Part shown: in pieces, positions 19,067 through 28,740 of the stretch
Layout: each line of letters opens with the position of its first letter
How positions within the stretch are numbered: position 1 is the stretch's first letter
Source of the DNA: Acidobacteriota bacterium
GTDB taxonomy: Bacteria; Acidobacteriota; Vicinamibacteria; Marinacidobacterales; Marinacidobacteraceae
Length of the DNA: 64,000 nucleotides
NCBI GenBank assembly: GCA_022826195.1
Contig: JAJDVI010000017.1
Coordinates: 3,673 to 67,672 of the forward strand
Reading direction: 5' to 3'
Notes under the pieces: model-generated
What the model saw: only the letters and a program-made list of their open reading frames with translations
Database searches by the model: none
Told to the model about the DNA's origin: nothing
Position numbers and translations under genes: made by a program

Positions 19067-20002
19067 ATGCGAGCCGTTCGCAAGGGCGGGGCTCCCGCAC
19101 CGGCCGGCTTCGGCCGGGCCGAAGCAGCGCTCGGGATCGTCGTCCTCGCCTGGGCCTCCAGCCTCAGCATCGTCAAGTACGGCGTCGGGCTGGGTGATCC
19201 CTACGCCTTCAACCTGGCGCGGCTCATCCCGGCCTCCCTCGTCCTCCTCCTCGCGGTGAGCAGGACGCCGGCGCTCAGGAAGTTCGAGTGGCGGGACGGC
19301 GGCCGGGTGTTCCTGCTGGGCGTGGCCGGCCACGTGGTCTTCCAGGTCGGGTTCATCCACGGAACGGACGCCTCCTCCGCCACCAGCTCGGCGCTCATCC
19401 TCGGCCTCACTCCGGTCGCGATCGCCGTGCTGGCCTGGGTGACGCGCGTCGAGCCGTTCTGCCAGCACACCGCGCTCGGCCTGGTGCTCACCATGGCCGG
19501 GATCGCCTTCGTTTCCGGGGCGGAGCCGAACCTGGGCGCCCACCTCGGCAACCTCATGCTCCTTGGCGCCATGATCGGCTGGGCCGTCTACACGGTTCGG
19601 GGAGCGGCGCTCGTCCGCAAGTACGGCGCCCTCCGGGTGACCGCCTGGAGTTCGGCGGTCGCCTCGGTCCTGCTCCTTCTTCCGAGTCCGTTCCTGCTGA
19701 CCCTGGCGGACTTCCGGCAGGCGCCGGCGGAGTGGTGGTACGCGGCGCTCGTCTCCGGCCTCGCCGCCATCGGCCTCGGGAACATGCTGTGGGTATACGC
19801 GACCGGCCGGGTAGGTCCGACGCTCACCGGCATCTATTCCAACGTCCTCCCCATCCCTTCGGTGCTGATCTCCTGGCTCTGGCTGGGAGAGACGCTCCAG
19901 GCGCCCAAGCTCATCGGGGCGGTCCTGATCATCGCGGGCATCGCCCTCGCCCGCATCCACCACACGTGGGGAAGTAAAATTACTGACCGGGTAACCGCCT
20001 GA
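19067..20002 (+). CDS. DMT-superfamily (EamA-like) transporter
   Basis: 311 aa with ~10 predicted TM helices and two EamA-like halves. Confidence 0.6.
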   Translation: MRAVRKGGAPAPAGFGRAEAALGIVVLAWASSLSIVKYGVGLGDPYAFNLARLIPASLVLLLAVSRTPALRKFEWRDGGRVFLLGVAGHVVFQVGFIHGTDASSATSSALILGLTPVAIAVLAWVTRVEPFCQHTALGLVLTMAGIAFVSGAEPNLGAHLGNLMLLGAMIGWAVYTVRGAALVRKYGALRVTAWSSAVASVLLLLPSPFLLTLADFRQAPAEWWYAALVSGLAAIGLGNMLWVYATGRVGPTLTGIYSNVLPIPSVLISWLWLGETLQAPKLIGAVLIIAGIALARIHHTWGSKITDRVTA

Positions 20003-20068
20003 CCGGCCGCTGACGAGCAGCCCCCCACAACCATTTCGACGGACACCAGGTCCGTTCAGGAGACTGGA

Positions 20069-20947
20069 ATGAGCACGGAATTCCGACTGAAGACGGGTCT
20101 CGCCGACATGCTGAAGGGCGGCGCGATCATGGACGTCACCAATGCCGAGCAGGCGCGGATCGCCGAAGACGCCGGCGCGGTGAGCGTGATGGCCCTGGAG
20201 CGGGTGCCGGCCGACATCCGGCGGGACGGCGGCGTGGCCCGCATGTCGTCTCCGGAGAAGATCCGGGAGATCATCGAGTCGGTGAGCATCCCGGTCATGG
20301 CCAAGGTGCGGATCGGCCACTTCGTGGAGGCGCAGATCCTTCAGCAGATGGGCGTGGACTTCGTTGACGAGAGCGAAGTGCTGACCCCGGCGGACGAGGA
20401 GAACCACATCGACAAGCACTCGTTCGAAGTGCCGTTCGTGTGCGGTTGCCGCAACCTCGGCGAGGCCCTGCGCCGGATCGGCGAGGGCGCGGCCCTCATC
20501 CGCACCAAGGGCGAGGCGGGCTCCGGGAACATCGTGGAGGCCGTGCGGCACCTGCGCCAGATCGGCAACGAACTCCGCCGCCTCACGATCCTGACCGACG
20601 ACGAGCTCATGTCCGCCGCCAAGGAACTCCGCGCTCCCTACGAGATCGTGCGGATGGTGGCGCGCGACGGACGCCTCCCGGTGCCGAACTTCGCGGCGGG
20701 AGGGGTGGCGACACCGGCCGACGCCGCGCTCTGCATGCAGCTTGGGGCGGAGTCCGTGTTCGTGGGGTCCGGGATCTTCAAGTCGACGGATCCGGAGCAG
20801 CGGGCCAAGGCCATCGTGAAGGCGGTGACCCACTACCGCGACCCGGCCATGCTGGTCGAGGTCTCGATGGGTCTCGGCGAGCCGATGCGCGGCCTCGACA
20901 TCGCTACCATGCCGGAGGAAGAGTTGCTGCAGACACGCGGCAACTAG
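20069..20947 (+). CDS. pdxS: Pyridoxal 5'-phosphate synthase, synthase subunit
   Basis: [37 protein letters not shown]...[14 protein letters not shown] is near-canonical PdxS/Pdx1. Confidence 0.9.
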   Translation: MSTEFRLKTGLADMLKGGAIMDVTNAEQARIAEDAGAVSVMALERVPADIRRDGGVARMSSPEKIREIIESVSIPVMAKVRIGHFVEAQILQQMGVDFVDESEVLTPADEENHIDKHSFEVPFVCGCRNLGEALRRIGEGAALIRTKGEAGSGNIVEAVRHLRQIGNELRRLTILTDDELMSAAKELRAPYEIVRMVARDGRLPVPNFAAGGVATPADAALCMQLGAESVFVGSGIFKSTDPEQRAKAIVKAVTHYRDPAMLVEVSMGLGEPMRGLDIATMPEEELLQTRGN

Positions 20948-21036
20948 GTACTGACCCTTCCCGGGTTCGGTGGATCCCGGGCCCGGCGGCACGCTCAGGC
21001 AGCGTGCGTCAGGGTGGTCTGTCTTGAGCGACCGAG

Positions 21037-21684
21037 GTGACCATGGGAGCGATTCCCGAAGCGACGACCGTTGATCCCCGGCCGGGGTCCGCCCCGTCGC
21101 CTGCCCCGCCGCGCATCGGCGTGCTGGCGCTCCAGGGGAGCTTTGCGCTCCACGCCGCCGCCCTCCGCCGGCTCGGCATCGAAGCGGTGGAAGTCCGCCG
21201 GGCGGCGGCTCTCGCGGGACTCGACGGGCTGATCATTCCGGGCGGGGAAAGCTCGACCATGCTCAAGTTCCTCCTCGAGGAGGATCTCTTCGATCCGCTG
21301 CTCGCGTTCCACCGGGCAGGAGGAGCGCTGTACGGGACCTGCGCCGGGGCCATCCTGCTGGCCCGCACCGTCGAGAACCCCGCGCAGGAGTCGCTCGGGG
21401 TGCTCGACATCGAGATTCAGCGCAATGGGTACGGCCGGCAGCTCGAGAGCCACGTGGGCGCCTGTTCCTGCTCCGAGCTGGGTGAGCCGGACCTGCCCCT
21501 GGTCATGATCCGTGGCCCGGTGATCAGCGAGACCGGTCCGCGCGTGGAGGTGCTCGCCGAATGGCGCGGACAGCCGGCCTTCGTGCGCGAAGGGAGGGTG
21601 CTCGCCACCACTTTCCACCCGGAACTGACGGACGACACGCGCATCCACGCGTACTTCGTGGAGATCGCGGCCGAGGCCCGCTGA
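21037..21684 (+). CDS. pdxT: Pyridoxal 5'-phosphate synthase, glutaminase subunit
   Basis: RIGVLALQGSF...LIIPGGESSTM...GTCAG..FHPE are class-I glutamine amidotransferase motifs of PdxT. Confidence 0.85.
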   Translation: MTMGAIPEATTVDPRPGSAPSPAPPRIGVLALQGSFALHAAALRRLGIEAVEVRRAAALAGLDGLIIPGGESSTMLKFLLEEDLFDPLLAFHRAGGALYGTCAGAILLARTVENPAQESLGVLDIEIQRNGYGRQLESHVGACSCSELGEPDLPLVMIRGPVISETGPRVEVLAEWRGQPAFVREGRVLATTFHPELTDDTRIHAYFVEIAAEAR

Positions 21685-21818
21685 ACCACGCGAGGGAAAA
21701 CGAGCGGAACCAATTCCGCCTGAGAGCGTTCTCTAGGTTGGGAAGCCTTTCCGGGCTTCGGGCCTCCGGTGGACGAGGGAACGGTGAAGGAGGGGGGCCC
21801 GGGCTCGCCCGCGTCTCC

Positions 21819-23234
21819 ATGCCCCTCGCCGCGCCCGCCCTCGTCCCGAAAACACCGTCCGCCGAACGCGACCGATTCGCCGTCGTGGTCGGCGCGGGCG
21901 AGCCGGCCCGCCAGGCGGCCCGGGTCCTGACCGACGCATCGTGGCGCGTCGAGCGGCTGTCCACTGTCCGGGAGGAGGCAGCGGAGCAACTCCTCCGGGA
22001 CGCCTCGGCGGTGATCGTGGACGCGACCGCCGCCCCGGAACCGGTGCAGACGACGATCGAGCATCTGCAAGCGGTCTGTCCCGAGGCGGCAACGATCCTG
22101 CTCCCCACCGCCGAGACACCCAGGCCGCACTCCCCCGGGCTCGGCTCCGGACGCCCGCGGATCGTGCCCGTTCCGATCCAGCGGGAGTCACTGCTCACTT
22201 CACTCGAGGCGGAGATCGGATATCGCGGACTTCTGCGTGAGAACCGCATTCTGCGGCACCAGCTCCGCGCGGCGACCCGCCTCGAGGACTGGGTCGGATG
22301 CTCGGACGAGGCCGCCGGGGTCCGCAGCGCGATCGTCACGACCGCCTTCTCCGATGGCCCGGTTCTGGTGGTGGGGGAGCCGGGAAGCGGCCGGCGCCTG
22401 GCCGCCGAGCTCATCCACCGGCTGGGACGGCAGTCGTCGCTTCCGTTCCTCGCGCTCCAGGCCGCGAGTCTGGCAACGGAACTGGGCCCCATCCTCGCCA
22501 GACTGCGGCGTGGCGGGCGGGAGTTCGCGGCCGACGCACCCGGCTCCCAGCCGGGGAGTCTCTATCTGAGCGGCGCGGAGCACCTGCGCCCGGGAGACCA
22601 GGCGGCGCTCGAGGACGCCGTTCGGCGGCCGCCCCCGTTCCGGCTCATCGTTTCCGCCACCCCCGACCTCCGCGCGAGGGTGCGGGCCGGCACCTTCTCG
22701 AGCGCGCTCTTCAACCGGCTGGAGGCTTCCAGCATCCGTATCCCGCCCCTGCGGGAGCGCCGGGAAGACATCCCCGCCCTCCTTCTGCATTTCCTGCAGC
22801 TGGCGTCGGAGACCTCGGGCGAAGCGCCGTTCGGGATCTCCGGAAAGGCCGTCGATGAGTGCGGCGGCTACGACTGGCCGGGCAACACGGCGGAACTCCG
22901 CATGTGGGTGGAGCGCGCGGTGGCCACCGCCCGGGTCTCGCGGTTTTCCGGCCCCGTCTTGCCGGAGACGCTCTGCGCCCCGCCCGACGGCGGCCCCACG
23001 ACCAGCCAGGGCGCCGGTTCCCGACCCCTGAAGGAAGTGATCGCGGGCATCGAGAAGAGGCTGATCGAGCGGGCGCTCAAACGGACCGGCGGGAACCAGA
23101 AGCGGGCAGCCCGTTTTCTCCAGATGAACCCCACGACGCTCCACGAAAAGATGAAGCGGCACGGACTCCTGCGCCGCGCCGGCGGAGATCCCGGATCCCG
23201 GAGATCCGGCGGCCGCGAGGCCGGAACCGGCTAG
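21819..23234 (+). CDS. Fis-type HTH regulator with a degenerate σ54-interaction (NtrC-like AAA+) domain
   Basis: Starts MPLAAPALVPK (ATG 21819, RBS GAAGGAGGGGGG upstream). The ORF-track N-terminus overlaps pdxT. The central domain has a Walker-A-like GEPGSGRR and ...DIPALLLHFLQ...YDWPGN. The C-terminal Fis-type HTH is KRAARFLQMNPTTLHEKMKRHGL. No GAFTGA motif is visible. Confidence 0.6.
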   Translation: MPLAAPALVPKTPSAERDRFAVVVGAGEPARQAARVLTDASWRVERLSTVREEAAEQLLRDASAVIVDATAAPEPVQTTIEHLQAVCPEAATILLPTAETPRPHSPGLGSGRPRIVPVPIQRESLLTSLEAEIGYRGLLRENRILRHQLRAATRLEDWVGCSDEAAGVRSAIVTTAFSDGPVLVVGEPGSGRRLAAELIHRLGRQSSLPFLALQAASLATELGPILARLRRGGREFAADAPGSQPGSLYLSGAEHLRPGDQAALEDAVRRPPPFRLIVSATPDLRARVRAGTFSSALFNRLEASSIRIPPLRERREDIPALLLHFLQLASETSGEAPFGISGKAVDECGGYDWPGNTAELRMWVERAVATARVSRFSGPVLPETLCAPPDGGPTTSQGAGSRPLKEVIAGIEKRLIERALKRTGGNQKRAARFLQMNPTTLHEKMKRHGLLRRAGGDPGSRRSGGREAGTG

Positions 23235-23245
23235 TCGCGGCTCGC

Positions 23246-23297
23246 CGGAAACAAGAAAAGCGCCCCTGGACCCTGCAGCGGCAGGATCCGGGGCGCT
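23246..23297 (-). terminator. Rho-independent terminator downstream of pal
   Basis: GC-rich stem AGCGCCCC...GGGGCGCT at 23259-23297. On the minus-strand transcript it is followed by UUUUCUUGUUU (plus 23248-23258). It lies between the convergent regulator and pal genes. Confidence 0.5.
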
Positions 23298-23313
23298 CTG
23301 CGAAGCGAGGGTG

Positions 23314-23880
23314 TTACTTCGCGGTGATCTTGAAGTGGGCGCGGCGGTTCCGCTGCCAGCAGTCCTCGTCGCTCTCGGTGCACTGCGGGCGTTCCTTCCC
23401 GTAGCTGATCATCTCGAGCCGGCTGTCCGGAACCCCGAGCGAAACGAGGTAGTCGTAGGCGGCGCGAGCCCGGCGCTCACCGAGCGCCTGGTTGTACTCC
23501 ACGGTGCCGCGCTCGTCGCAGTGTCCTTCGATCTGGATCGTCGCGGAGACGTAGGGCCGCTGCAGCCAGGCTGAGTTGGCCTGGAGCGCGCTCCGGGAGG
23601 CATCCGTCAACTCGGACTCGTCATACGCGAAGTAGACGTCCGCGAGGTTCTGCTGCAACTCCATCATGTCCGTGTCCAGATAGATGTCCCGCTCCGTCGG
23701 CGGCGGCGGTGGCGGCGGCGGTGGCGGTGGCGGCGGCGGTGGCGGTGGAGGAGGCGGTGGAGGCGGCTCCTCGGGCGGCGGCGGCGGCGGTGGCGGCGGC
23801 TTGGAGCACGCCGCAACAGCGAACCCGAGAGCAACCGTCGCGAGAGACAGCAACAGCAGGGTGGCGATGGCTTTTCTCAC
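23314..23880 (-). CDS. pal: Peptidoglycan-associated lipoprotein (OmpA-family) with polyproline linker
   Basis: Lipoprotein signal MRKAIATLLLLSLATVALGFAVAAC. Then a P9-EE-P31 linker. Then an OmpA-like domain (NQALGERRARAAYDYLVSLGV...). The linker is encoded by (ggcggcggtggcggc)n on the plus strand. Confidence 0.8.
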   Translation of the reverse strand: MRKAIATLLLLSLATVALGFAVAACSKPPPPPPPPPEEPPPPPPPPPPPPPPPPPPPPPPPTERDIYLDTDMMELQQNLADVYFAYDESELTDASRSALQANSAWLQRPYVSATIQIEGHCDERGTVEYNQALGERRARAAYDYLVSLGVPDSRLEMISYGKERPQCTESDEDCWQRNRRAHFKITAK

Positions 23881-24009
23881 AAGGAAACCTCCGGGGGCAG
23901 CGAATGAAGAGCCAGTCAGAGGCTATCGGATCGCTCTCACCGAAGTCAACGACAGACCGGAGGGTTCCGGCGCGTTTGCCGCGTCTTCCGGATGCCGGGA
24001 AAACCCGGC

Positions 24010-24768
24010 TCAGCCCGCGGTTTCCTCGAGGATCCGAAGCGTCGCCGAGCGGGGATCCGGGTGCCTCGTGATGGCCCGGCCGACGACGAGGTAGTTCGCT
24101 CCCCGACGCGCCGCTTCCGCGGGGGTGGCGACCCGCTTCTGATCGTGCGTGTCCGCCGCCCAGTGGGGCCGGACCCCCGGAACGAGCAGCACGAAGTCAT
24201 CACCGAAAGCGTCTCGAAGCGCCCCGGCTTCGGCGGCGGAGGCGACCACGCCGCCCAACCCGCCGGCCCGGGCGAGCCGCGCGAGGTTCAGGACCTGGTC
24301 CCGGATGGACACCCCGGGAAACACGTCGGCGGCGCTCGCCGGGTCGAGATGGGTCAGGACCGTGACCCCGAGGAGGAGCGGCGGCGCCGGAGCGGACGAG
24401 GCGGCCCGGGCCGCCGCCTCCAGCATCGGCCGTCCTCCGGAGGCGTGGACGTCCAGAATGCTCGCCCCCAGGGTCGCCGAGGCCCGTACCGCACCAGCCA
24501 CGGTGGCCGGGATGTCATGGAACTTCAGGTCCAGGAAGACGCGCCCCACCGAGGAAAACTCGGAAACGGCGCGCGGGCCCGCCGCGGTGAAGAGCTCCTT
24601 GCCCACCTTGTAGAAGGACGCCGCGCCCGCCAGGACATCCCGCAGGCGGAGCGCCTCGTCGAGCGAGCCGGTATCCACGGCGACCACCAGCTCACCGGCC
24701 CCGGGTTCCGCCACCCAGCCGGGGAGCGGTGGAGGCGCGGGGCCGGAGCCGGCCGGGGACGTCGTCAC
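24010..24768 (-). CDS. pyrF: Orotidine-5'-phosphate decarboxylase
   Basis: LVVAVDTGSLDEAL...FYKVGKELF...FLDLKFHDIPATV are PyrF motifs. The probable GTG start overlaps the pyrD stop (GTGA). The ORF-track N-terminal ~360 aa are antisense to pyrD. Confidence 0.75.
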   Translation of the reverse strand: MTTSPAGSGPAPPPLPGWVAEPGAGELVVAVDTGSLDEALRLRDVLAGAASFYKVGKELFTAAGPRAVSEFSSVGRVFLDLKFHDIPATVAGAVRASATLGASILDVHASGGRPMLEAAARAASSAPAPPLLLGVTVLTHLDPASAADVFPGVSIRDQVLNLARLARAGGLGGVVASAAEAGALRDAFGDDFVLLVPGVRPHWAADTHDQKRVATPAEAARRGANYLVVGRAITRHPDPRSATLRILEETAG

Positions 24769-25709
24769 CCGGCAGTTCCCGGCCGCATCGCCCCGGTCAG
24801 GTCGCGCAGTGCGGCGACCTCGTGCCGGCGGCAGTAGGCGGCCAGCCCGTCGTAGGTACGCCGCCAGACCCCGGGGTCCACGAAGTTCATGGTGCCGATC
24901 TGCACCGCGGCGGCCCCCACCAGCAGGAACTCGAGGGCGTCCCCGGCGTTCGCGATCCCACCCATGCCGATGACCGGAAGCCGGCCTCCCCGCGCGACCT
25001 CCCACACCATCCGCACCGCGATGGGACGGACCGCCGGACCCGACAGCCCCCCGACGACGTTCGCGAGGCGGGGACGCCGCGTCTCGACGTCCACCGCCAT
25101 GGCGGGGATGGTGTTGATGAGGGACACCGCATCGGCGCCTGCCTCCGCGACCCGCCGCGCCACGGCGGCCATGTCGCTCGCGCTGGGGCTGAGCTTCGGG
25201 ATCACCGGAAGCCGCGTGCCCCGGCGCACCACCTCGGTGGCCCGCGCGGCCATGTCGGGGTCGCAGCCGAACTCGATCCCGCCCTCCGCGACGTTCGGGC
25301 AGGAGATGTTCACCTCGATGGCGGACACCCCTTCCGCCTGGTCGAGGATTCTCGACAGCTCCCCGTACTCCTCCAGCGAGCTCCCGCAGATGTTCGCGAT
25401 GACGATCTTCCCGAGCGCCCGGACGGCCGGGAGCTTGTCGGCGAGGAAGCGCCGGATTCCGACCTCCTGAAGGCCGATGGCGTTCAGCATGCCGGACGGG
25501 GTCTCCCAGATTCGCGGCGGCGGACACCCCTCCCGGGGCTCGAGGTAGAGGCCCTTGACCGAGATCGCTCCGATGCAGTCGTAGTCCGCCACCTCCCGGT
25601 ACTCGTCGCCGTAGCCGAAGGTGCCGCTGGCGGCGATCAGGGGGGTGGGCAGCCGCAGCCCGGCGACCTCCACTCCCATGTCCACCGTCGCGGCGCCTGG
25701 CTCGGACAT
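24765..25709 (-). CDS. pyrD: Dihydroorotate dehydrogenase (class 1B) catalytic subunit
   Basis: Starts MSEPGAATVDMGVEVAGLRLPTPLIAASGTFGYG. Motifs NISCPN and GGLSG are present. The start ATG overlaps the pyrK stop (ATGA). Confidence 0.85.
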   Translation of the reverse strand: MSEPGAATVDMGVEVAGLRLPTPLIAASGTFGYGDEYREVADYDCIGAISVKGLYLEPREGCPPPRIWETPSGMLNAIGLQEVGIRRFLADKLPAVRALGKIVIANICGSSLEEYGELSRILDQAEGVSAIEVNISCPNVAEGGIEFGCDPDMAARATEVVRRGTRLPVIPKLSPSASDMAAVARRVAEAGADAVSLINTIPAMAVDVETRRPRLANVVGGLSGPAVRPIAVRMVWEVARGGRLPVIGMGGIANAGDALEFLLVGAAAVQIGTMNFVDPGVWRRTYDGLAAYCRRHEVAALRDLTGAMRPGTAG

Positions 25710-26566
25710 CAGAGCGGATGGGGGTCCCGGTCCCAGGCGATCGTTTCGGCCTCGAAGACCGGCCCCTCGGTACAACTCCGCAGGTATTCCTCCGGACCAC
25801 CCGACGGGGGCCGCGCCCAGACGACGCAGCCGAGGCAGCAGCCCATGCCACAGCCCATCCGGCGCTCGATCGAGACCTGGTGGGGAACGCCGGCGGCGGT
25901 CGCGAGCTCCGCCACTTTCAGCAGCATTCCCGTCGGCCCGCACGAGTAGAGAGCCGGCTGGCCCGCGTCCGCCAGCGCGGCGTCGAGCAGCGCGGTAACG
26001 AACCCGTGGTGGCCGGCGCTCCCGTCCTCGGTGGCCACCCGGACATCCATCCCGAAGCGCTCGAACGCGTCCCGGAGGTAGAGGTCGGGACGGCGCCTCC
26101 CGCCGAGCAGGACGATGCCCCGGCGCCCGGTCTCCGCCAGCCGGCGGCAGAAGAGCACGAAGGGCGCGATCCCCACTCCGCCGGCAACGATCACCGGCGT
26201 CCGGTCCGGAGGCGGCAGCTCGAACGTGGTCCCCAGCGGGCCCAGGCTGGACACCTCCGCTCCCACGGGCAGGCTCATGATGGCCCGGGTTCCCACTCCG
26301 ACCTCCTTGACCAGCAGGGTGAACGCACCGTCGTCCAGCAGGTCGCAGTAGGAGTACGGCCGCCGCAGCAGCCCGCCTCCGCCGACCCGGACCATGGCGA
26401 ACTGGCCCGGCAGAACCCGAAGGGGCGCCTCGCTCTCGAAGCGGAGCAACTGGGCGTCCGGCGAGAGCTGGTCCCGGGCCACGAGCGTCGCGGCCAGGTC
26501 CGCCCGGGGCAACAGGTCCGCCCGGGAGGGAGCGGGCCGGCCCGCGGCTTCGGTACTAGACGTCAC
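25709..26566 (-). CDS. pyrK: Dihydroorotate dehydrogenase electron-transfer subunit
   Basis: FAD/NAD-binding ferredoxin-reductase fold (RPYSY, GGVGIAPF). The C-terminal 2Fe-2S Cys cluster is CGMGCCLGC. The 5' end overlaps the gspE-like stop, so the true start may be a downstream CTG/TTG. Confidence 0.75.
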   Translation of the reverse strand: MTSSTEAAGRPAPSRADLLPRADLAATLVARDQLSPDAQLLRFESEAPLRVLPGQFAMVRVGGGGLLRRPYSYCDLLDDGAFTLLVKEVGVGTRAIMSLPVGAEVSSLGPLGTTFELPPPDRTPVIVAGGVGIAPFVLFCRRLAETGRRGIVLLGGRRRPDLYLRDAFERFGMDVRVATEDGSAGHHGFVTALLDAALADAGQPALYSCGPTGMLLKVAELATAAGVPHQVSIERRMGCGMGCCLGCVVWARPPSGGPEEYLRSCTEGPVFEAETIAWDRDPHPL

Positions 26567-28163
26567 GGGCGGTCACCCGATCGACCTCGGAGAGGGTGGT
26601 CACCCCGCGCGCCACGAGTTCGAGCGCGTTCCGGCGCAGCGGGACCATCCCCTCGGACTCCGCCTGCGCGCGGATCGCGCCCACCCCCCCGCGCGCCAGA
26701 ATGAGTTCCCGAACGGACGCGCTGAGCGGCAGGACCTCGGCCACCACGGTCCGTCCCCGGTACCCCGCTCCGTCGCACTTCCGGCAGCCGCGCGGACGGA
26801 AGACACGGTCCGCGGGAGAGGGAAGCGCCGCCAGGACCCTCTGTTCCGCCGCACCGGGCGGGCCCGGCTCGCGGCACTCGCGGCAGAGCACCCGGACCAG
26901 GCGCTGGGCGACGATGCAGTTCAGGGCGGAGACGAAGTTGTGGGGGTCGGCCCCCATGTGCAGGAAGCGTCCGACCACGTCGAGCGCGTGGTTGGCGTGC
27001 ACCGTGGTGAGGACGAGATGGCCGGTCAGGGCCGCCTGCACCGCGATGGAAGCGGTCTCCGGATCCCGGACCTCGCCCACCATGATGGTGTCCGGGTCGT
27101 GCCGCAGGATGGAGCGCAGACCGCGGGCGAACGTCAGGCCCTTCTTCTCGTTCACCGGAACCTGGGTGACCCCCGCGATCTCGTATTCGACGGGATCCTC
27201 GACGGTCACGATCTTCTCCTCCGGAGTCGCGATCTCGGACAGGGCCGCGTAGAGCGTCGTCGTCTTGCCGCTTCCGGTCGGACCGGTGGCGAGCAGCATC
27301 CCGAAGGGCCGGCGCGCGTGTTCGCGGAGCAGCCTCAGCTCCCGGCCCGAGAAACCGAGCGCCTCGAGGGAAAGCGCCTCGAAGCGGGTGCCGAGGCTGC
27401 GTTTGTCGAGCACCCGGATCACCACGTCCTCGCCGTGCACGCTCGGCATCACGGAAACCCGGAAATCCACGGTCCGCGGGGTGCGCTCGCCCCCTCCGGG
27501 AAGCACCGCCCGGAACCGTCCGTCCTGCGGGACGCGCCGCTCCGCGACGTCGAGCTCCGCCATCACCTTGAGCCGCGCCACAATGGTCTGGTGGTGGGCG
27601 CGGTCCACCGGCTCCATCGCCGGGTAGAGAACGCCGTCCACCCGGTACTTCAGGACGACTTCCCCGGACTTGGTCTCGATGTGGATGTCGGTGGCCCGCC
27701 GCTCGATGGCATTCAGGAGCAGCGAGTCCACGAGCCGGACAACGGGGCTCCCGGCCGGCGCGTCTTCGAGCGCGTCGAGCGAGATGACGGGCGGGCCGGA
27801 GTCTCCGTCGCCGCGCCCGAGCCGCTCGATTCGCAGATCCTCGGAGGCGCGGTCCAGCAGGAAACTGGAGTCGGTGTTCCGCTCGATGATCGCGTCGATC
27901 TCCGCCGGATCGCCCACCTGGACGACCAAGGGGCGGCGGAGCAGCAACTCCAGCCGGTCCACCTCGGACTCGACGACCGGGGGCGCCACGACGATGGAGA
28001 GACGCTCGCCGTCTTCCGCCAGCGGAACGAAACGGTGGCGCCGCACCAACTCCATGGGGACGCTGCGCCAGAGCGCGGGATCGTCCCGATACCCCGACAG
28101 GTCAGCCGCCGGGTAGAGTGAGGGCGAGGCTCCGGACGCTCGCTCGTTCCGGCCGGTACTCAT
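26556..28163 (-). CDS. GspE/PilB-family secretion ATPase (type II secretion / type IV pilus assembly ATPase)
   Basis: 535 aa. N-terminal GSPII_E_N-like region (ELVRRHRFVPL). Walker A is GPTGSGKTTT. The tetracysteine motif is CRECR...CRKC. No other T2SS/T4P genes lie nearby. Confidence 0.8.
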   Translation of the reverse strand: MSTGRNERASGASPSLYPAADLSGYRDDPALWRSVPMELVRRHRFVPLAEDGERLSIVVAPPVVESEVDRLELLLRRPLVVQVGDPAEIDAIIERNTDSSFLLDRASEDLRIERLGRGDGDSGPPVISLDALEDAPAGSPVVRLVDSLLLNAIERRATDIHIETKSGEVVLKYRVDGVLYPAMEPVDRAHHQTIVARLKVMAELDVAERRVPQDGRFRAVLPGGGERTPRTVDFRVSVMPSVHGEDVVIRVLDKRSLGTRFEALSLEALGFSGRELRLLREHARRPFGMLLATGPTGSGKTTTLYAALSEIATPEEKIVTVEDPVEYEIAGVTQVPVNEKKGLTFARGLRSILRHDPDTIMVGEVRDPETASIAVQAALTGHLVLTTVHANHALDVVGRFLHMGADPHNFVSALNCIVAQRLVRVLCRECREPGPPGAAEQRVLAALPSPADRVFRPRGCRKCDGAGYRGRTVVAEVLPLSASVRELILARGGVGAIRAQAESEGMVPLRRNALELVARGVTTLSEVDRVTARDV

Positions 28164-28307
28164 TCGATCCCTCGCATTGGCAGTCCGCCCTCAGGGCAGG
28201 CGACGAAGGCATACCGGGTCGGGATGAGCCGGCGCAACCGGAACCCCTGGAGATCTCCGCGCGGAGATCCCGGGTCCACTACGGGTGCGGACCCTCGCGA
28301 GGGAAGC

Positions 28308-28583
28308 CTAGTCGCAGCAGTCGGACTGGAAAGGACGAGAGACCTTGCAGCGGACCACGTTGCGGGCCGGGATCTCGATGGCCTCTCCCGTACGGACGTT
28401 GCGGCCCATCCTCGCTTCCCGGTGGGCAATGGAGAACTTGGCGATGCCCGGAAGCACGAAATCGTTGCCGGTCCGTAGCTCCTCAATCGCCAGGTCACGC
28501 AGTCCGTCAAGCACCATACCGGCCTCGCGACGACTGATCTCGGCATGATCGGACAGGGCCGTTACGAGTTCCACCTTGGTCAT
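28308..28583 (-). CDS. HU-family DNA-binding protein
   Basis: Starts MTKVELVTALSDHAEISRREAGMVLDGL. Carries the HU arm RNVRTGEAIEIPARNVVRCK. Unusual C-terminus ...SDCCD. The ORF-track N-terminal extension (92 aa) has no support. Confidence 0.75.
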   Translation of the reverse strand: MTKVELVTALSDHAEISRREAGMVLDGLRDLAIEELRTGNDFVLPGIAKFSIAHREARMGRNVRTGEAIEIPARNVVRCKVSRPFQSDCCD

Positions 28584-28740
28584 TGTTGATCTGGTCCTTT
28601 CTTTGCCCAAGCGGGGTTGGTGCGCTCCACCGCCCGATGGTGAGCGGCCAGGAGCGCGCGACGCGCCGCAGAGTATCACAGGCGCGCGTGCGGATCGCCC
28701 AGGAAAATACGCTTCTGTCGCGCCCTTTTTCGGCCCTGTC

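Noticed and set aside
19019-20992. 657-aa minus-strand ORF
   Set aside because: Antisense to the DMT transporter and pdxS.
23684-24094. Poly-glycine ORF (MSRSVGGGGGG...)
   Set aside because: It is the antisense reading of the pal polyproline-coding microsatellite, not a gene.
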